Assembly: GCA_963710605.1 (NCBI GenBank)
Contig: CAVQBA010000007.1
Coordinates: forward strand, 480,001-544,000
Direction: 5' to 3'
DNA length: 64,000 bases
Source: an uncultured cyanobacterium
GTDB lineage: Bacteria; Cyanobacteriota; Cyanobacteriia; Cyanobacteriales; Cyanobacteriaceae
Made by a program: the position numbers and the translations under genes
The notes under the pieces: model-generated
The model's input: only the letters and a program-made list of their open reading frames with translations
Databases searched by the model: none
Told to the model about the DNA's origin: nothing
Shown here: piece after piece, positions 1-10,324 of the stretch
Position numbering within the stretch: position 1 is the stretch's first letter
Layout of the letters: every line of letters begins with the position of its first letter

Positions 1-1
1 T

Positions 2-262
2 CATATTGGTAAACCTAACGAAAAAGTACCTCCAGATATAGATGTTTCAGGTTTTCCTCATTCACAAGTTGTTTCTCGTATTCATGCTGATATTATTCAC
101 AATGAAGATGATTTTTATTTAGAAGATACCCAAAGTGCTAATGGTACTTATATTAATCATACTCCTTTACCTAAGGGTAATCGTCATCGTTTAAAATCAG
201 GAGATAGAATCGCTTTTGGCAAAGAAGATAAAGTTAGTTTTATTTTTCAATTGAAAAGTTGA
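2..262 (+). CDS. FHA-domain protein, 3' part (FraH-like), truncated by the window start
   Basis: Manual translation HIGKPNEKVPPDIDVSGFPHSQVVSRIHADI...DTQSANGTYIN...LKSGDRIAFGKEDKVSFIFQLKS*; SRxH and SxNGT FHA motifs. Confidence 0.85.
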   Translation, partial: HIGKPNEKVPPDIDVSGFPHSQVVSRIHADIIHNEDDFYLEDTQSANGTYINHTPLPKGNRHRLKSGDRIAFGKEDKVSFIFQLKS

Positions 263-340
263 TTTGTTGATTATTGTTTGAAACAAAACACTAAAATCTT
301 TACCCACGATCGATTTACTAATTAAATATTTTTAAGCAAA

Positions 341-1384
341 TTGATGTCATTAGTAAACGTTATTTCTGTTCTAGAGAAATTGACAGCAAAATTAGAATTG
401 TCTTCAGTAGAAAATAAGCTATTACAAGAATATAGTTTAGATGATCCTGATCCTTTTAAATATCAAAAAAAAGATGATTTGTATCGGCAAAAAAAAGCTG
501 TATTTACAGAAGTTTATCCACTAGTTAATTCGTTATGTAAACAACTTATATTTAACAATAAAGAGCTAGTTTTACAAACTCTTTGGTTTTTTTGGTTACC
601 ACTGGCATTAGAACTCGTTCAGAAAAGACGACAGCAGGCTATTCCTTTGGTGTTCGCTATTCTTGGTGGACAGGGGACAGGAAAAACTACTTTAACTAAA
701 ATATTGCCCCTGATTTGGGATTATTGGAATATTAAAAGTGTCGCAATTTCGATCGATGATTTGTATAAAACTTATAGCCAAAGACAAGAATTGTTAAAAA
801 CCGATCCCCGTTTAATCTGGCGTGGTCCTCCTGCAACTCATGATGTAGATTTGGGAATCGAAATTATCGAGCAGTTACAACAAGAAAAAGAAAATGTTGA
901 GATTCCACGTTTTGATAAATCTGCTTATGAGGGTATGGGCGATCGGACACGGTCTGAGCAAGTAAATAAGGTGGATATAATCATCATTGAAGGGTGGTTT
1001 GTGGGAATTGTACCTGTAAACGAGAAAGTCTTTGATAAAGCCCCTTTTCCTCTAGTTACAGAAGACGATCGACAATTTGCTCGTGATAATAATGCCCGAT
1101 TAATTGAATACTTACCATTATGGGCAAAAATAGACTACTTAATGATTTTTAATCCTCAGCAGTATCAATATAGCTTACAATGGCGAAAACAAGCAGAACA
1201 TTTGATGATTTCTCAAGGTAAGACAGGGATGAGTGATGAGCAGATAGAACAATTTGTTTATTATTTTTGGCAAGCCTTACACCCAGAGATTTATCTTCCA
1301 CCTCTGCTTAGTGATGCCCAAAAAACTGATTTGGTGGTTGAGATTAATTTTGAACATAGCGTCGATCGTCTTTATCGTCCTTGA
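341..1384 (+). CDS. D-glycerate 3-kinase (plant GLYK-type P-loop kinase)
   Basis: GGQGTGKTT Walker A, SIDDLY, RGPPATHD, PRFDKS, EGWFVG and WRKQAE motifs. Confidence 0.8.
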   Translation: MMSLVNVISVLEKLTAKLELSSVENKLLQEYSLDDPDPFKYQKKDDLYRQKKAVFTEVYPLVNSLCKQLIFNNKELVLQTLWFFWLPLALELVQKRRQQAIPLVFAILGGQGTGKTTLTKILPLIWDYWNIKSVAISIDDLYKTYSQRQELLKTDPRLIWRGPPATHDVDLGIEIIEQLQQEKENVEIPRFDKSAYEGMGDRTRSEQVNKVDIIIIEGWFVGIVPVNEKVFDKAPFPLVTEDDRQFARDNNARLIEYLPLWAKIDYLMIFNPQQYQYSLQWRKQAEHLMISQGKTGMSDEQIEQFVYYFWQALHPEIYLPPLLSDAQKTDLVVEINFEHSVDRLYRP

Positions 1385-1404
1385 ATCTCGAATAATGATT
1401 AATT

Positions 1405-1773
1405 ATGTTTACAACTGAACTACCAGCGATAAATTATGTAACACAAAACAGTATCATAGAAGAACAAAGAATAGAACCAGAAAAAATCATGATACTTAAC
1501 GATAGTCAAGTTAGACAACAATTATCAGATATTCCTGAATGGTTCACAAGTGGGCAATACCTTAGTCATACTTATCAGTTTAGCGACTTTAGACAAGCAA
1601 TAAAATTTATTAATTCTCTAGTTGAACCCTCAGAAGCGATCGGACACCATCCTGACATCAGTATTTCTTACAATAAAGTGACAATTCATTTAACAACTCA
1701 CGATGCAGGAGGAATTACCCAAAAAGATATTGATTTAGCTAAACAGATTACTAGAATAGTAAAAAACTTTTAA
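1405..1773 (+). CDS. Pterin-4-alpha-carbinolamine dehydratase (4a-hydroxytetrahydrobiopterin dehydratase)
   Basis: HHPDI...YNKV...LTTHDAGGITQKDIDLA signature; the true start may be a downstream Met. Confidence 0.85.
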   Translation: MFTTELPAINYVTQNSIIEEQRIEPEKIMILNDSQVRQQLSDIPEWFTSGQYLSHTYQFSDFRQAIKFINSLVEPSEAIGHHPDISISYNKVTIHLTTHDAGGITQKDIDLAKQITRIVKNF

Positions 1774-1970
1774 AAGCTAATTACTAATGTTAATCTAATT
1801 ATTTTTTGGCTCAAGTTGTCAGTCATAATCTACTTATATAGCATTCGTTCATTAAGTAAAAATAATTAATTATTAGTTGTTTAGGCTAAATAGTCTCAAC
1901 TTTTGAGAATTCTCTTAATTCAGGTAAAATGTAAACGGAAATAATAGCAGAAAGTACCCCCAAAATAAAT

Positions 1971-2312
1971 ATGATTGAAGTTAATAATCAGAAAAACTTA
2001 GAAGCAATGAAAAATTTTGCTGAACAGTATGCGAATAGAAGTGATACTTATTTTTGTGCCGACCCTTCAGTGACAGCCGTCGTCATTCAAGGTTTAGCAC
2101 GTCATAAAGAAGAATTAGGTGCTCCTCTTTGTCCTTGTCGTTATTACGAAGATAAAGAAGCTGAGGTTAAAGATACATTTTGGAATTGTCCTTGTGTACC
2201 TATGCGTGAGAGAAAAGAATGTCATTGTATGTTGTTTCTCACACCTGATAATGAATTTGTGGGTGAGCAACAAGAAATTAGTTGGGATGATTTACAAGGA
2301 GATGGTAAGTAA
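1971..2312 (+). CDS. ftrC: Ferredoxin-thioredoxin reductase catalytic subunit
   Basis: CPC...CPC...CHC Fe-S/disulfide motifs (PLCPCR, WNCPCVPMRERKECHCMLF). Confidence 0.95.
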   Translation: MIEVNNQKNLEAMKNFAEQYANRSDTYFCADPSVTAVVIQGLARHKEELGAPLCPCRYYEDKEAEVKDTFWNCPCVPMRERKECHCMLFLTPDNEFVGEQQEISWDDLQGDGK

Positions 2313-2352
2313 TTAATTGATAATTACGGTTGTATCGATCGCAATCTAACTT

Positions 2353-2394
2353 ACTCAAGGTTACAACACATTTTTAGTAATCATAACCTTGAGT
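2353..2394. terminator. Inverted repeat between the convergent ftrC and psbN genes
   Basis: ACTCAAGGTTA...TAACCTTGAGT 11-bp stem. Confidence 0.5.
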
Positions 2395-2450
2395 GTTTGC
2401 TTATTTAATTGGTTATAAAGACAGAAAAAATAATATTACCCGACGTCTTT

Positions 2451-2582
2451 TTAGTCTTCATGATCTTCAAAAGGATCACCTAGTTCGGCTGATGGTGGAC
2501 CAAAAGCAGTATAAATAGAGTATCCTGTAATAGCTACCAAAACTGTAGCTACGCTAATGCCAATAATTGTTGCACTTTCCAT
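2451..2582 (-). CDS. psbN: Photosystem II assembly protein PsbN (43 aa, absent from the ORF track)
   Basis: Manual translation [43 protein letters not shown]; divergent from psbH as usual. Confidence 0.95.
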   Translation of the reverse strand: MESATIIGISVATVLVAITGYSIYTAFGPPSAELGDPFEDHED

Positions 2583-2669
2583 AATTCGTATTTTCTTTTC
2601 AATGATAGTCTTATTCTTATATAATATTACGACAGATAAAAAAAATTATTGTAATAGATAAAATTAAAT

Positions 2670-2873
2670 ATGTCACAACAAACTCGTTTAGGCGATCTTC
2701 TTAAACCTCTTAACTCAGAGTACGGTAAAGTTGTCCCAGGCTGGGGTACAACTGCTTTAATGGGCGTTTTTATGGCTTTATTCTTAGTATTTTTATTGAT
2801 TATTTTACAAATTTACAACTCTTCTATTTTGATAGAAGGAGTCGATGTTGATTGGAGAAGTTTAGGTCAATAA
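2670..2873 (+). CDS. psbH: Photosystem II protein PsbH
   Basis: [18 protein letters not shown] signature. Confidence 0.97.
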   Translation: MSQQTRLGDLLKPLNSEYGKVVPGWGTTALMGVFMALFLVFLLIILQIYNSSILIEGVDVDWRSLGQ

Positions 2874-2992
2874 TCAAAACAAATAGATTATCGATCGCAA
2901 TTAGATTACCTACTTTTCTAATTTATTATACTTATTAGCTAATGAGTATAAACTAGAAATAATTACTAGAAAATACGAGCATATAATCTAAA

Positions 2993-3265
2993 ATGAATAT
3001 ATTTGGTATTGGACTACCAGAATTAGTTGTTATTTTTGGAGTGGCTTTATTAATTTTTGGTCCTAAAAAGTTACCTGAAATAGGTAAAACTTTGGGTAAA
3101 ACTTTAAAGGGTTTCCAACAGGCTTCTCAAGAATTTCAAGATGAATTCAAAAAAGAAGTCGATAAAATTGAAGAAACTGTATCTATGAATGCACAATTAG
3201 AGTCTGGTAAAGAAATGGAAGTAGAACCAACTGCTTCTGAAGAAAAAACTAAAACTAACAGCTAA
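2993..3265 (+). CDS. tatA: Twin-arginine translocase subunit TatA/E
   Basis: FGIGLPEL...LLIFGPKKLPEIGK; conserved psbH-tatA order. Confidence 0.93.
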   Translation: MNIFGIGLPELVVIFGVALLIFGPKKLPEIGKTLGKTLKGFQQASQEFQDEFKKEVDKIEETVSMNAQLESGKEMEVEPTASEEKTKTNS

Positions 3266-3544
3266 TTAATTATTAGAAACAAAACAATTAATTATTGATT
3301 ATGGATTACTAATTGTTTTTTAAATCAAATGTTTTAACTAACTATTTCTCTGTTTCAGCTTTGTTTTTGATTGATTAAGATCAATCGATATTTGATGAAG
3401 CTGAACTTTTTTTGTCTGCTTCCACAACTCATTTGCTGTAATTTAGATTGAAGATTATTTCTCAGAATAAAGTTTTCACGACAACAAACTAATCATCATA
3501 TTTATTTGTTAAAGTAAATTCACATAGTAGGAAATAAATCGTAT

Positions 3545-4063
3545 ATGAACTTAGGTAAAACAATTATAGCTTCAACATTATTATTAACCATGGGTTTGTT
3601 TACATCTAGTTGCACATCAAGACAAATAGTCGTTGCCGAGCCTGAATTAGTCTCTACATCTGTCAGTTATTCCGCCAGTGATTTAGAAAAATCAGTCCAT
3701 AAACAAATAAACAAATATCGTGCATCCAAAAATTTACCAAGACTAGAAATGGATGCTGTAATTAGCCAAGAAGCGAAAAATCATAGTTTAGCGATGGCAA
3801 ATAAAAAAACTCCTTTCTCTCATGACGGTTTTAAGCAAAGAGTAGATAATATCGGTAATCAAATTGTTTATCGTAGTGCCGCAGAAAACGTCGCTTTTAA
3901 TTACGGACATAAAAATCCTGTAGATAGTGCAGTTAAAGGCTGGTTAGAAAGTCCTGGACATTATAAAAATATAATTGGTAAATTTGATAAAACAGGTGTT
4001 GGTGTGGTGCAAAATGAAAAAGGAGAATATTATTTTACACAGATTTTTATTTTATCTAGGTAA
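3545..4063 (+). CDS. CAP/SCP-domain lipoprotein
   Basis: Signal peptide with lipobox-like Cys; HS..MA, AENVA, GWLESPGHYKNI, YFTQIF motifs. Confidence 0.85.
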   Translation: MNLGKTIIASTLLLTMGLFTSSCTSRQIVVAEPELVSTSVSYSASDLEKSVHKQINKYRASKNLPRLEMDAVISQEAKNHSLAMANKKTPFSHDGFKQRVDNIGNQIVYRSAAENVAFNYGHKNPVDSAVKGWLESPGHYKNIIGKFDKTGVGVVQNEKGEYYFTQIFILSR

Positions 4064-4067
4064 TTAA

Positions 4068-5039
4068 ATGAGATTTAAGAATAAATTCCTCAAAATTATA
4101 TTATCTGGATTATTAATCTTGACGATAATTCTTTCTATAGGTAGTTTATTTTGGAAAAGCTATCCTTTAGAGTTATTCTCTAATTTTAGAGTTTATTACC
4201 TTTTACTTTCTATTACGATTTTTGTTATTTATTTAATACTGCAAATTAGAGGATTAGAAACTAAATTATTCATCTATTTTTCCTTAGTATTAGTCATATT
4301 CAATGCTTTCTGGATTATTCCTTGGTATCTGCCCGATTCTAGATTGTCAGATGCAACTGATCAAGTTAGAGTTTTGACTTTTAATATTAATATTGGTAAT
4401 AATAATTGGGATACGATCGCTAATGATATCCAAAAATTAAAACCAAATCTTGTGTGTATTAGTGAGGGTAGTATTCGCTCAACAGAAGAATTATCGCAAC
4501 GATTAAAAAATTCTTTTCCTTATATTTATAGTATTCCAGATAGTAGTGAACTATCTATTTTTAGCCAATTTCCCTTGATTTCACCACACCGTGAAAAATT
4601 TGAGCACGGTACTATTTTGACTACTTCCTTAGAAATAAACAAAAAAACCATCAAAATAATTACGACTCACCCTTTTGCACCTGTTAATTTACAGCTTTTC
4701 GAGTCTCGCAATCAACTTTTAGAAGAAATAACCAATTATATTCAACAGCAAACAACTCCGATAATTTTTTTAGGAGACATGAATATTACGATTTGGTCAT
4801 CTTATTATTTACAATTAGTTAAAAATACGAATCTTTATAATACTCGTTTAGGATTTGGCATACAACCATCTTGGGTTGAATTGACAACTTATTTTGACAA
4901 ACCAAAATGGATAACTAATATAATTAAAATTCCGATCGATCATATTTTAGTGACTAATCAGATTGAGGTTTTAGATTGTCAAACAATTAAAGCAGGTAAT
5001 TCAGATCATCGAATACTTTGGAGTGATTTAATTATCTAA
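4068..5039 (+). CDS. Endonuclease/exonuclease/phosphatase family membrane protein
   Basis: N-terminal TM helices; LTFNI, GDMN, IDHIL and SDHR motifs. Confidence 0.85.
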   Translation: MRFKNKFLKIILSGLLILTIILSIGSLFWKSYPLELFSNFRVYYLLLSITIFVIYLILQIRGLETKLFIYFSLVLVIFNAFWIIPWYLPDSRLSDATDQVRVLTFNINIGNNNWDTIANDIQKLKPNLVCISEGSIRSTEELSQRLKNSFPYIYSIPDSSELSIFSQFPLISPHREKFEHGTILTTSLEINKKTIKIITTHPFAPVNLQLFESRNQLLEEITNYIQQQTTPIIFLGDMNITIWSSYYLQLVKNTNLYNTRLGFGIQPSWVELTTYFDKPKWITNIIKIPIDHILVTNQIEVLDCQTIKAGNSDHRILWSDLII

Positions 5040-5049
5040 ATCATATCTT

Positions 5050-6342
5050 TTAATTTTGTTGTAAATTAGCCAGAAAATAACCTAAAAGATAAAGTGAACC
5101 ACAAAGAACGATCGTTTGCTTCTCAGTATTTACTTTAGTCACTATCTGGTTTAAACCAACAAATAAATCGGCATATATTTTCACTTCTTCTAGATGAGGA
5201 TTAACATCACCAGCGATCGTTGCTAATTGAGATGGTGATGCGGTACTATGATCGGGTACAGGAACGAGATAAAGTCGATCGTTTGCCCGTAACAATTGAT
5301 TAAACACCCCATGATGATCTTTTGTCGCTAACATCCCCATTACCCATACAATTGGTTGATTAAGTGTATCGATATATTGTCGTAATGCTTTAGCCGCCTC
5401 TACATTATGCGCTCCATCAATTAATAATTTTGTTCCTTGCCATTGTATCCATTCCATTCTGCCCCGCCAACGAGCATTCTTCATTCCTTCGACAATAGCA
5501 GTTTGAGCGATTTGCCATCCTTGTTGTCGTAAGCTTTCGATAGTAGCAATAGCTAAGGCTGAATTTTGTAATTGGATATCACCTGCAAGGGCTAAAGGAT
5601 ATTCTATTTGGTTATAGTTTGCCCAATTATGACGATCGCGCAGCGCCGACAAGTGCCGATCGTCTTTACTAATTTTGGTGGCAGGTTTTACCCACGTAAT
5701 GGTAGAGTTTAATTGATTTGCTTTTTGAGCGATAACTTTTTGTGCTTCTGGTGGTAGTTGTCCGACAATTACAGGGCATGAAGGTTTAATTATTCCTGCT
5801 TTTTCAAAGGCAATTTTAGCTAATGTATCTCCTAATCTTTGCCAATGTTCTCGACTAATAGAAACAATTATACTAGCAAGGCATCGATCGCAGACATTCG
5901 TTGCGTCTAATCTACCACCTAAACCAACTTCCATCACCACTACATCAACTTCCTTTTGAGCAAAATAAAGCCAAGCGGCGGCAGTAATGATTTCAAATTG
6001 AGTTGGTATTTCACCTTGATAATTCTTAATTACCTTTTGTATTTGAATTAAAATCTTGATTAATTCTACTTGCTCGATCGGTTTTTCATTAATACAGATT
6101 CTTTCTCTCCAATCGATTAAATGAGGAGATGTATATCTACCTGTTTTGTAACCTGCTTGAGTTAAAACAGAGGATAAATAAGCACAAACAGAGCCTTTTC
6201 CATTCGTTCCTCCTACATGAATTAGAGATACTTTATTTTGAGGATTATCTAGTAAATTTAGTAATTTTTTAATTCTTTCTAATCCTAAGTTAATCCCGAA
6301 CTTTTTGAAAGGTTCTAATATTTCCTCAACTGTATTTAGCAT
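5050..6342 (-). CDS. folC: Dihydrofolate/folylpolyglutamate synthase
   Basis: HVGGTNGKGS, YTSPHL, EVGLGGRLDATNV, DGAHN, CGSLYL. Confidence 0.95.
   Translation of the reverse strand: MLNTVEEILEPFKKFGINLGLERIKKLLNLLDNPQNKVSLIHVGGTNGKGSVCAYLSSVLTQAGYKTGRYTSPHLIDWRERICINEKPIEQVELIKILIQIQKVIKNYQGEIPTQFEIITAAAWLYFAQKEVDVVVMEVGLGGRLDATNVCDRCLASIIVSISREHWQRLGDTLAKIAFEKAGIIKPSCPVIVGQLPPEAQKVIAQKANQLNSTITWVKPATKISKDDRHLSALRDRHNWANYNQIEYPLALAGDIQLQNSALAIATIESLRQQGWQIAQTAIVEGMKNARWRGRMEWIQWQGTKLLIDGAHNVEAAKALRQYIDTLNQPIVWVMGMLATKDHHGVFNQLLRANDRLYLVPVPDHSTASPSQLATIAGDVNPHLEEVKIYADLFVGLNQIVTKVNTEKQTIVLCGSLYLLGYFLANLQQN
5633..5662. repeat. 24-nt insertion flanked by duplicated CGATCG, in frame inside folC
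   Basis: CGATCG-CGCAGCGCCGACAAGTGC-CGATCG; a related copy sits at 17904-17933. Confidence 0.7.
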
Positions 6343-6710
6343 TTATTTGTAATAATAGAATTAATTTGATTCTCTAATTGTGGTTTTATTTATCATTATT
6401 TTATGATAATTTATTTTGCTAAATTTTAATCAAGAATTAATCAAGCTTTTACCATTATTTACTATAGCAGAGAACGAGTTGATTAAGACATGGTATAAGA
6501 ACGAAAGCTATACCATATGAGCATTTTAACTTTGCACGAGTGCCCTTTTGACCGCACAAAAAAAAGAGCCGATAATAGCCCTTTGGAAAATTATTTTTTA
6601 TAGTTATTGTCAATATAATTTTTTATCTTAATTTTATTTTTTACTATTCAAAATTAGACAAGTTGATTAAGACGAGTTAGTTTTGAAAATAAATAAACGC
6701 AATTAGTAAC

Positions 6711-7031
6711 CTAACTGATTGTAGTTAGAGAAGCGGTATTTCCTTTAACTTGAGGTTTAATCATTCTTAAACTAGGAAAAAGAAAATGATTTTCTTCAAC
6801 ATATTGAGCCCCAAATAATCCTTTTTCAGCCCAAAAGTATCGATCGGTGGTATGCTCATTTCGTTTAACGACTAACAAAGCAGGAGGCATAATATTGTTA
6901 GATCTAATATGTTTACGAGCGGCGGTCACTGGCTTGTCTTCGCCACTTTCGATATGAAAATGAGTTACTAATTCTAAGATTTTACGTCCCTCGAGGCGAC
7001 GACGACTTTTGCGTTTTCTTTTTCTCGCCAA
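6711..7031 (-). CDS. Conserved cyanobacterial protein (DUF3155-like)
   Basis: ARKRKRKSRRR.EGRKILE...TTDRYFWAEKGLFGAQY; TTG start. Confidence 0.8.
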   Translation of the reverse strand: MARKRKRKSRRRLEGRKILELVTHFHIESGEDKPVTAARKHIRSNNIMPPALLVVKRNEHTTDRYFWAEKGLFGAQYVEENHFLFPSLRMIKPQVKGNTASLTTIS

Positions 7032-7170
7032 TTTTACATCCTCCTTTATATAAGAAATGTTATTTTTATTACATTTGTTGAGTGATTATATAATTTTTTT
7101 ATCAGAAAGTCAATACCTAATCAGAATCTTTTTCAATAAACAAGCCAATTTACCGATAACGTGCGAACAG

Positions 7171-7265
7171 ATTAGGTTTTAGGGGTTAGGGATTAGGGAT
7201 TAGGGAATAGGGATTAGGGATTAGGGAATAGGGAATAGGGATTAGGGATTAGGGAATAGGGAATA
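7171..7265 (+). repeat. Heptamer tandem repeat (GGGATTA/GGGAATA)n, STRR type
   Basis: About 12 consecutive 7-nt units read directly. Confidence 0.9.
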
Positions 7266-7274
7266 AAAATAATT

Positions 7275-7405
7275 TACTTGTTACTTATTACTTATTACTC
7301 CTTACTTATTACTTCTTACTTCTTACTCTTTACTTCTTACTCCTTACTCCTTACTCTTTACTCATTACTCCTTACTCCTTACTTCTTACTTCTTACTCAT
7401 TACTT
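7275..7405 (+). repeat. Heptamer tandem repeat (TTACTCC/TTACTTC/TTACTTA)n
   Basis: Direct reading. Confidence 0.9.
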
Positions 7406-7513
7406 TCATTTTTAATGATTGTGTTTTAGCAATCGGGAACAAATTTGAGTATTATAGTAAAGGTTAATTAAAATTTAACAGTCAAAACTTATATTGTAAA
7501 TAGTTCAATTAAT

Positions 7514-7762
7514 ATGGTTAAGTTACGTTTAAAAAGATTAGGTAAGAAAAGAGAAGTAAGTTATCGTATTGTGGCGATGAATAGTCGTAATCGCCGTGAT
7601 GGTAGAGTATTAGAAGAATTAGGTTTTTATAATCCTAGAAATGATGATGTGAGATTAAATACACCTGCAATCATCGCTCGTCTAAAGCAAGGAGCGCAAC
7701 CTACTGAAACAGTACGTAGTCTTTTAAATAAAGCTAAAGTATTTGAACAAATAAATGGTTAA
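7514..7762 (+). CDS. rpsP: 30S ribosomal protein S16
   Basis: [12 protein letters not shown]...YRIVA...[14 protein letters not shown]. Confidence 0.97.
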   Translation: MVKLRLKRLGKKREVSYRIVAMNSRNRRDGRVLEELGFYNPRNDDVRLNTPAIIARLKQGAQPTETVRSLLNKAKVFEQING

Positions 7763-8177
7763 TATCGAAACGAGCGTTACCAATAATCTTTGTACACCTG
7801 ATTATGACGGTTTAGTTCGTTTTTTAATTGAACCGTTACTTGAATCTCCGAGTTTGTTATCTTTTGATTGTGAACAAATATCTAGCACCAAAAGAGTTTG
7901 GATTCGCCTAGCCTTTGAGGATAACGATAAAGGCAAAATTTATGGTCGAGGTGGACGTAATATCCAAGCCGTAAGAAATGTATTACAAACTGCGGCACAA
8001 ACCGCAGGTGAAACTCTCTATTTAGAGATATATGATGAACAAGCAGTACGTGGTAGAATGAAACGATCGCATTCTGATTTTCGACCACCTCAACCGACGG
8101 GTAATCATTCAAAAGACAATTTTGATCGTCGTCCTCGTAAAAGGAGTGCAGCCCCAATTACTAAACCCCAAATCTAG
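7755..8177 (+). CDS. khpA: KH-domain RNA-binding protein (KhpA-like)
   Basis: [17 protein letters not shown] GxxG loop; overlaps rpsP stop. Confidence 0.85.
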   Translation: MVNIETSVTNNLCTPDYDGLVRFLIEPLLESPSLLSFDCEQISSTKRVWIRLAFEDNDKGKIYGRGGRNIQAVRNVLQTAAQTAGETLYLEIYDEQAVRGRMKRSHSDFRPPQPTGNHSKDNFDRRPRKRSAAPITKPQI

Positions 8178-8272
8178 CTTAGTATAGCAAATTTGAATAT
8201 ATAATCATCTAAACGTTACAACCACTTCAGTAGTAAATGATTGTAGCGTTTTTATTTATTCTGAATTAGATA

Positions 8273-9055
8273 ATGACAATGACAATGACAAAAATATTAG
8301 TTAGTGACTTTGATGGTGTAATTTGTAATGGTTTATCAGAATACTTTCATTCAAGTGAGTTAGTTTATCAACAGATTTGGTCTTCTAATGATGATCTAGC
8401 CTCTTTACGCTCAGAATTTAATCAATTACGCCCCGTTGTCGAAACAGGTTGGGAAATGCCTTTATTACTTAGAGCATTAATTTTAAATAAAGATATCACC
8501 TCAATGCTCAACCATTGGCATACAATCAAACAAGAGATGGTAAGCGAACTTCAAACACAAGGTATTACTGTTGCCGAGCTTACCCAACTCTTAGATCAAG
8601 TTAGACAACAACAAATTACTGAAAACTTGGATAAGTGGCTGAGTTTACATAGTTTTTATGATGGTGTAATTGATAAACTTAAACAATCAATCGAGCAAAA
8701 CATAACCTTATATATTATCACCACCAAAGAAGGTAGTTTTACCCGTACATTACTCGAACAACAAGGTGTCTTTTTGCCTGAAGATACTATTTTTGGTAAA
8801 GAAGTCAAACGCCCTAAATACGAAACTTTAAAATTGATTATCGATCGAGAACAAATATCACCCTCACAGATATATTTTATCGAAGATCGTTTACCTGCAT
8901 TAGAATTAGTTGCCCAGCAACCTGAATTAGAAAAAGTGAACTTATTATTTGCCAATTGGGGATACAATACTAAATCGGCAACTGAAAAAGCCGAAAAAAT
9001 TGCTAGAGTTAAAGTATTATCATTAGCTAATTTTACAGGTAATGATGTATTCTAA
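8273..9055 (+). CDS. HAD-family hydrolase
   Basis: DFDGVIC motif I, TTK, FIEDR, WGYN. Confidence 0.85.
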   Translation: MTMTMTKILVSDFDGVICNGLSEYFHSSELVYQQIWSSNDDLASLRSEFNQLRPVVETGWEMPLLLRALILNKDITSMLNHWHTIKQEMVSELQTQGITVAELTQLLDQVRQQQITENLDKWLSLHSFYDGVIDKLKQSIEQNITLYIITTKEGSFTRTLLEQQGVFLPEDTIFGKEVKRPKYETLKLIIDREQISPSQIYFIEDRLPALELVAQQPELEKVNLLFANWGYNTKSATEKAEKIARVKVLSLANFTGNDVF

Positions 9056-9092
9056 AATGGGTGGGGTGTTGTTTGAAACCTAATTTGCTTAT

Positions 9093-9680
9093 ATGAGTTA
9101 CACGACAGAAGAACTAATCAAATTTTTGGAGTTGGAATTAAGAGCTACGTGGGGGGGAAAAAGGTTAATTTTTAACGCTGAGGAAAAATTAGATAATCCC
9201 ATTGTAGCCAAAGCAATTGACTTAGATAAAATGAGTCGAGTGTTTGTTTTTCGTGATTTTCGTGAACAAATACATGACTATCAACAACAACATCAGGTTT
9301 CGGGTGTGGTGGGGCGAAACATCACGTTTAATGAGCAATCAATTACTTTTCCTGAAGTTTATAATCAATTAATTGCGATCGAAGGTGATAAAGAAATTTT
9401 AATGAGAGCGAAGAGTAAAGTACTCGATTTTTGGCGTAAAACTACTGTCGATATGAAATATTATCTCTCAAGCGATCGTGAATCGGTAATTAGTTCAGAT
9501 TTATTCGAGCAATTATGCTCAGAAGCCGAATGGGCAGAATTAGACGCAGGTAAAGAGGAAATCTATTTAGGATTATGTTGGGGAAACCCAAAAGAGTATA
9601 TCTATCAATGGGCAAAGCCTGACTCTGGTTTTTATCGCATCATAGCTAGTCATACTCAACCCAGTGCAATTAATATTTAA
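9093..9680 (+). CDS. Hypothetical protein (cyanobacterial)
   Basis: 195-aa ORF with host-like codon usage; no recognised motif. Confidence 0.65.
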   Translation: MSYTTEELIKFLELELRATWGGKRLIFNAEEKLDNPIVAKAIDLDKMSRVFVFRDFREQIHDYQQQHQVSGVVGRNITFNEQSITFPEVYNQLIAIEGDKEILMRAKSKVLDFWRKTTVDMKYYLSSDRESVISSDLFEQLCSEAEWAELDAGKEEIYLGLCWGNPKEYIYQWAKPDSGFYRIIASHTQPSAINI

Positions 9681-9737
9681 GACAATTAGCAATCAGTAAT
9701 ACTTCGGAAGTTCGCTCAGTATAAATTAACAATTAAA

Positions 9738-9833
9738 ACTTCTTACTTCTTACTCCTTACTTCTTACTCCTTACTCCTTACTCCTTACTTCTTACTCCTT
9801 ACTCCTTACTCCTTACTCCTTACTCCTTACTCA
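9738..9833 (+). repeat. Heptamer tandem repeat (TTACTCC/TTACTTC)n
   Basis: Direct reading, between convergent genes. Confidence 0.9.
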
Positions 9834-9859
9834 AAAAACTATTAACTATTAACTATTAA

Positions 9860-10036
9860 TTAATCCAGTCCCCATTGGTGTTTGAGAGTATCTTTATAAA
9901 TATTTTCTCTGACTAACATCTCTTTGTATAACTGTACCAAAAAGTCTTGTGCTTGTTCTCTATCCATTTTTACCACCTCATTGGCAAAAGAATGTAAACT
10001 AAATTGCTGTTCTAAAGATAATTTGTTGTTAGACAT
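9860..10036 (-). CDS. nblA: Phycobilisome degradation protein NblA (58 aa, absent from the ORF track)
   Basis: Manual translation MSNNKLSLEQQFSLHSFANEVVKMDREQAQDFLVQLYKEMLVRENIYKDTLKHQWGLD*; LSLEQQF and REQAQ motifs; AAGGAG RBS upstream. Confidence 0.92.
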   Translation of the reverse strand: MSNNKLSLEQQFSLHSFANEVVKMDREQAQDFLVQLYKEMLVRENIYKDTLKHQWGLD

Positions 10037-10324
10037 AATTTTTTTTGATTCTCCTTTACTTTAAAAGCAAGATAATTATTTTGGTTAAAACACATCTAAG
10101 TTTAAATGTCAAACCAAAGTTACTTTACTTAATAAATATCATAGCTATTTGAACAAAAATGTTTATCACGAACAATAAGTATAATTACTCATTGACATTG
10201 AAGATAAATAGACATATGAGAAAACAGCAAAATAATAAATAGTGATGAATTACAGCCAATATGCTCAAAATCAAAAGTAGATTAGATAAAAAAAACTAAT
10301 AGCGATGAATTGGATTAATCAAAT

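Noticed and set aside
7171-9833. Tandem repeats as a CRISPR array
   Set aside because: Units are 7 nt with no unique spacers, and there are no cas genes in the window.
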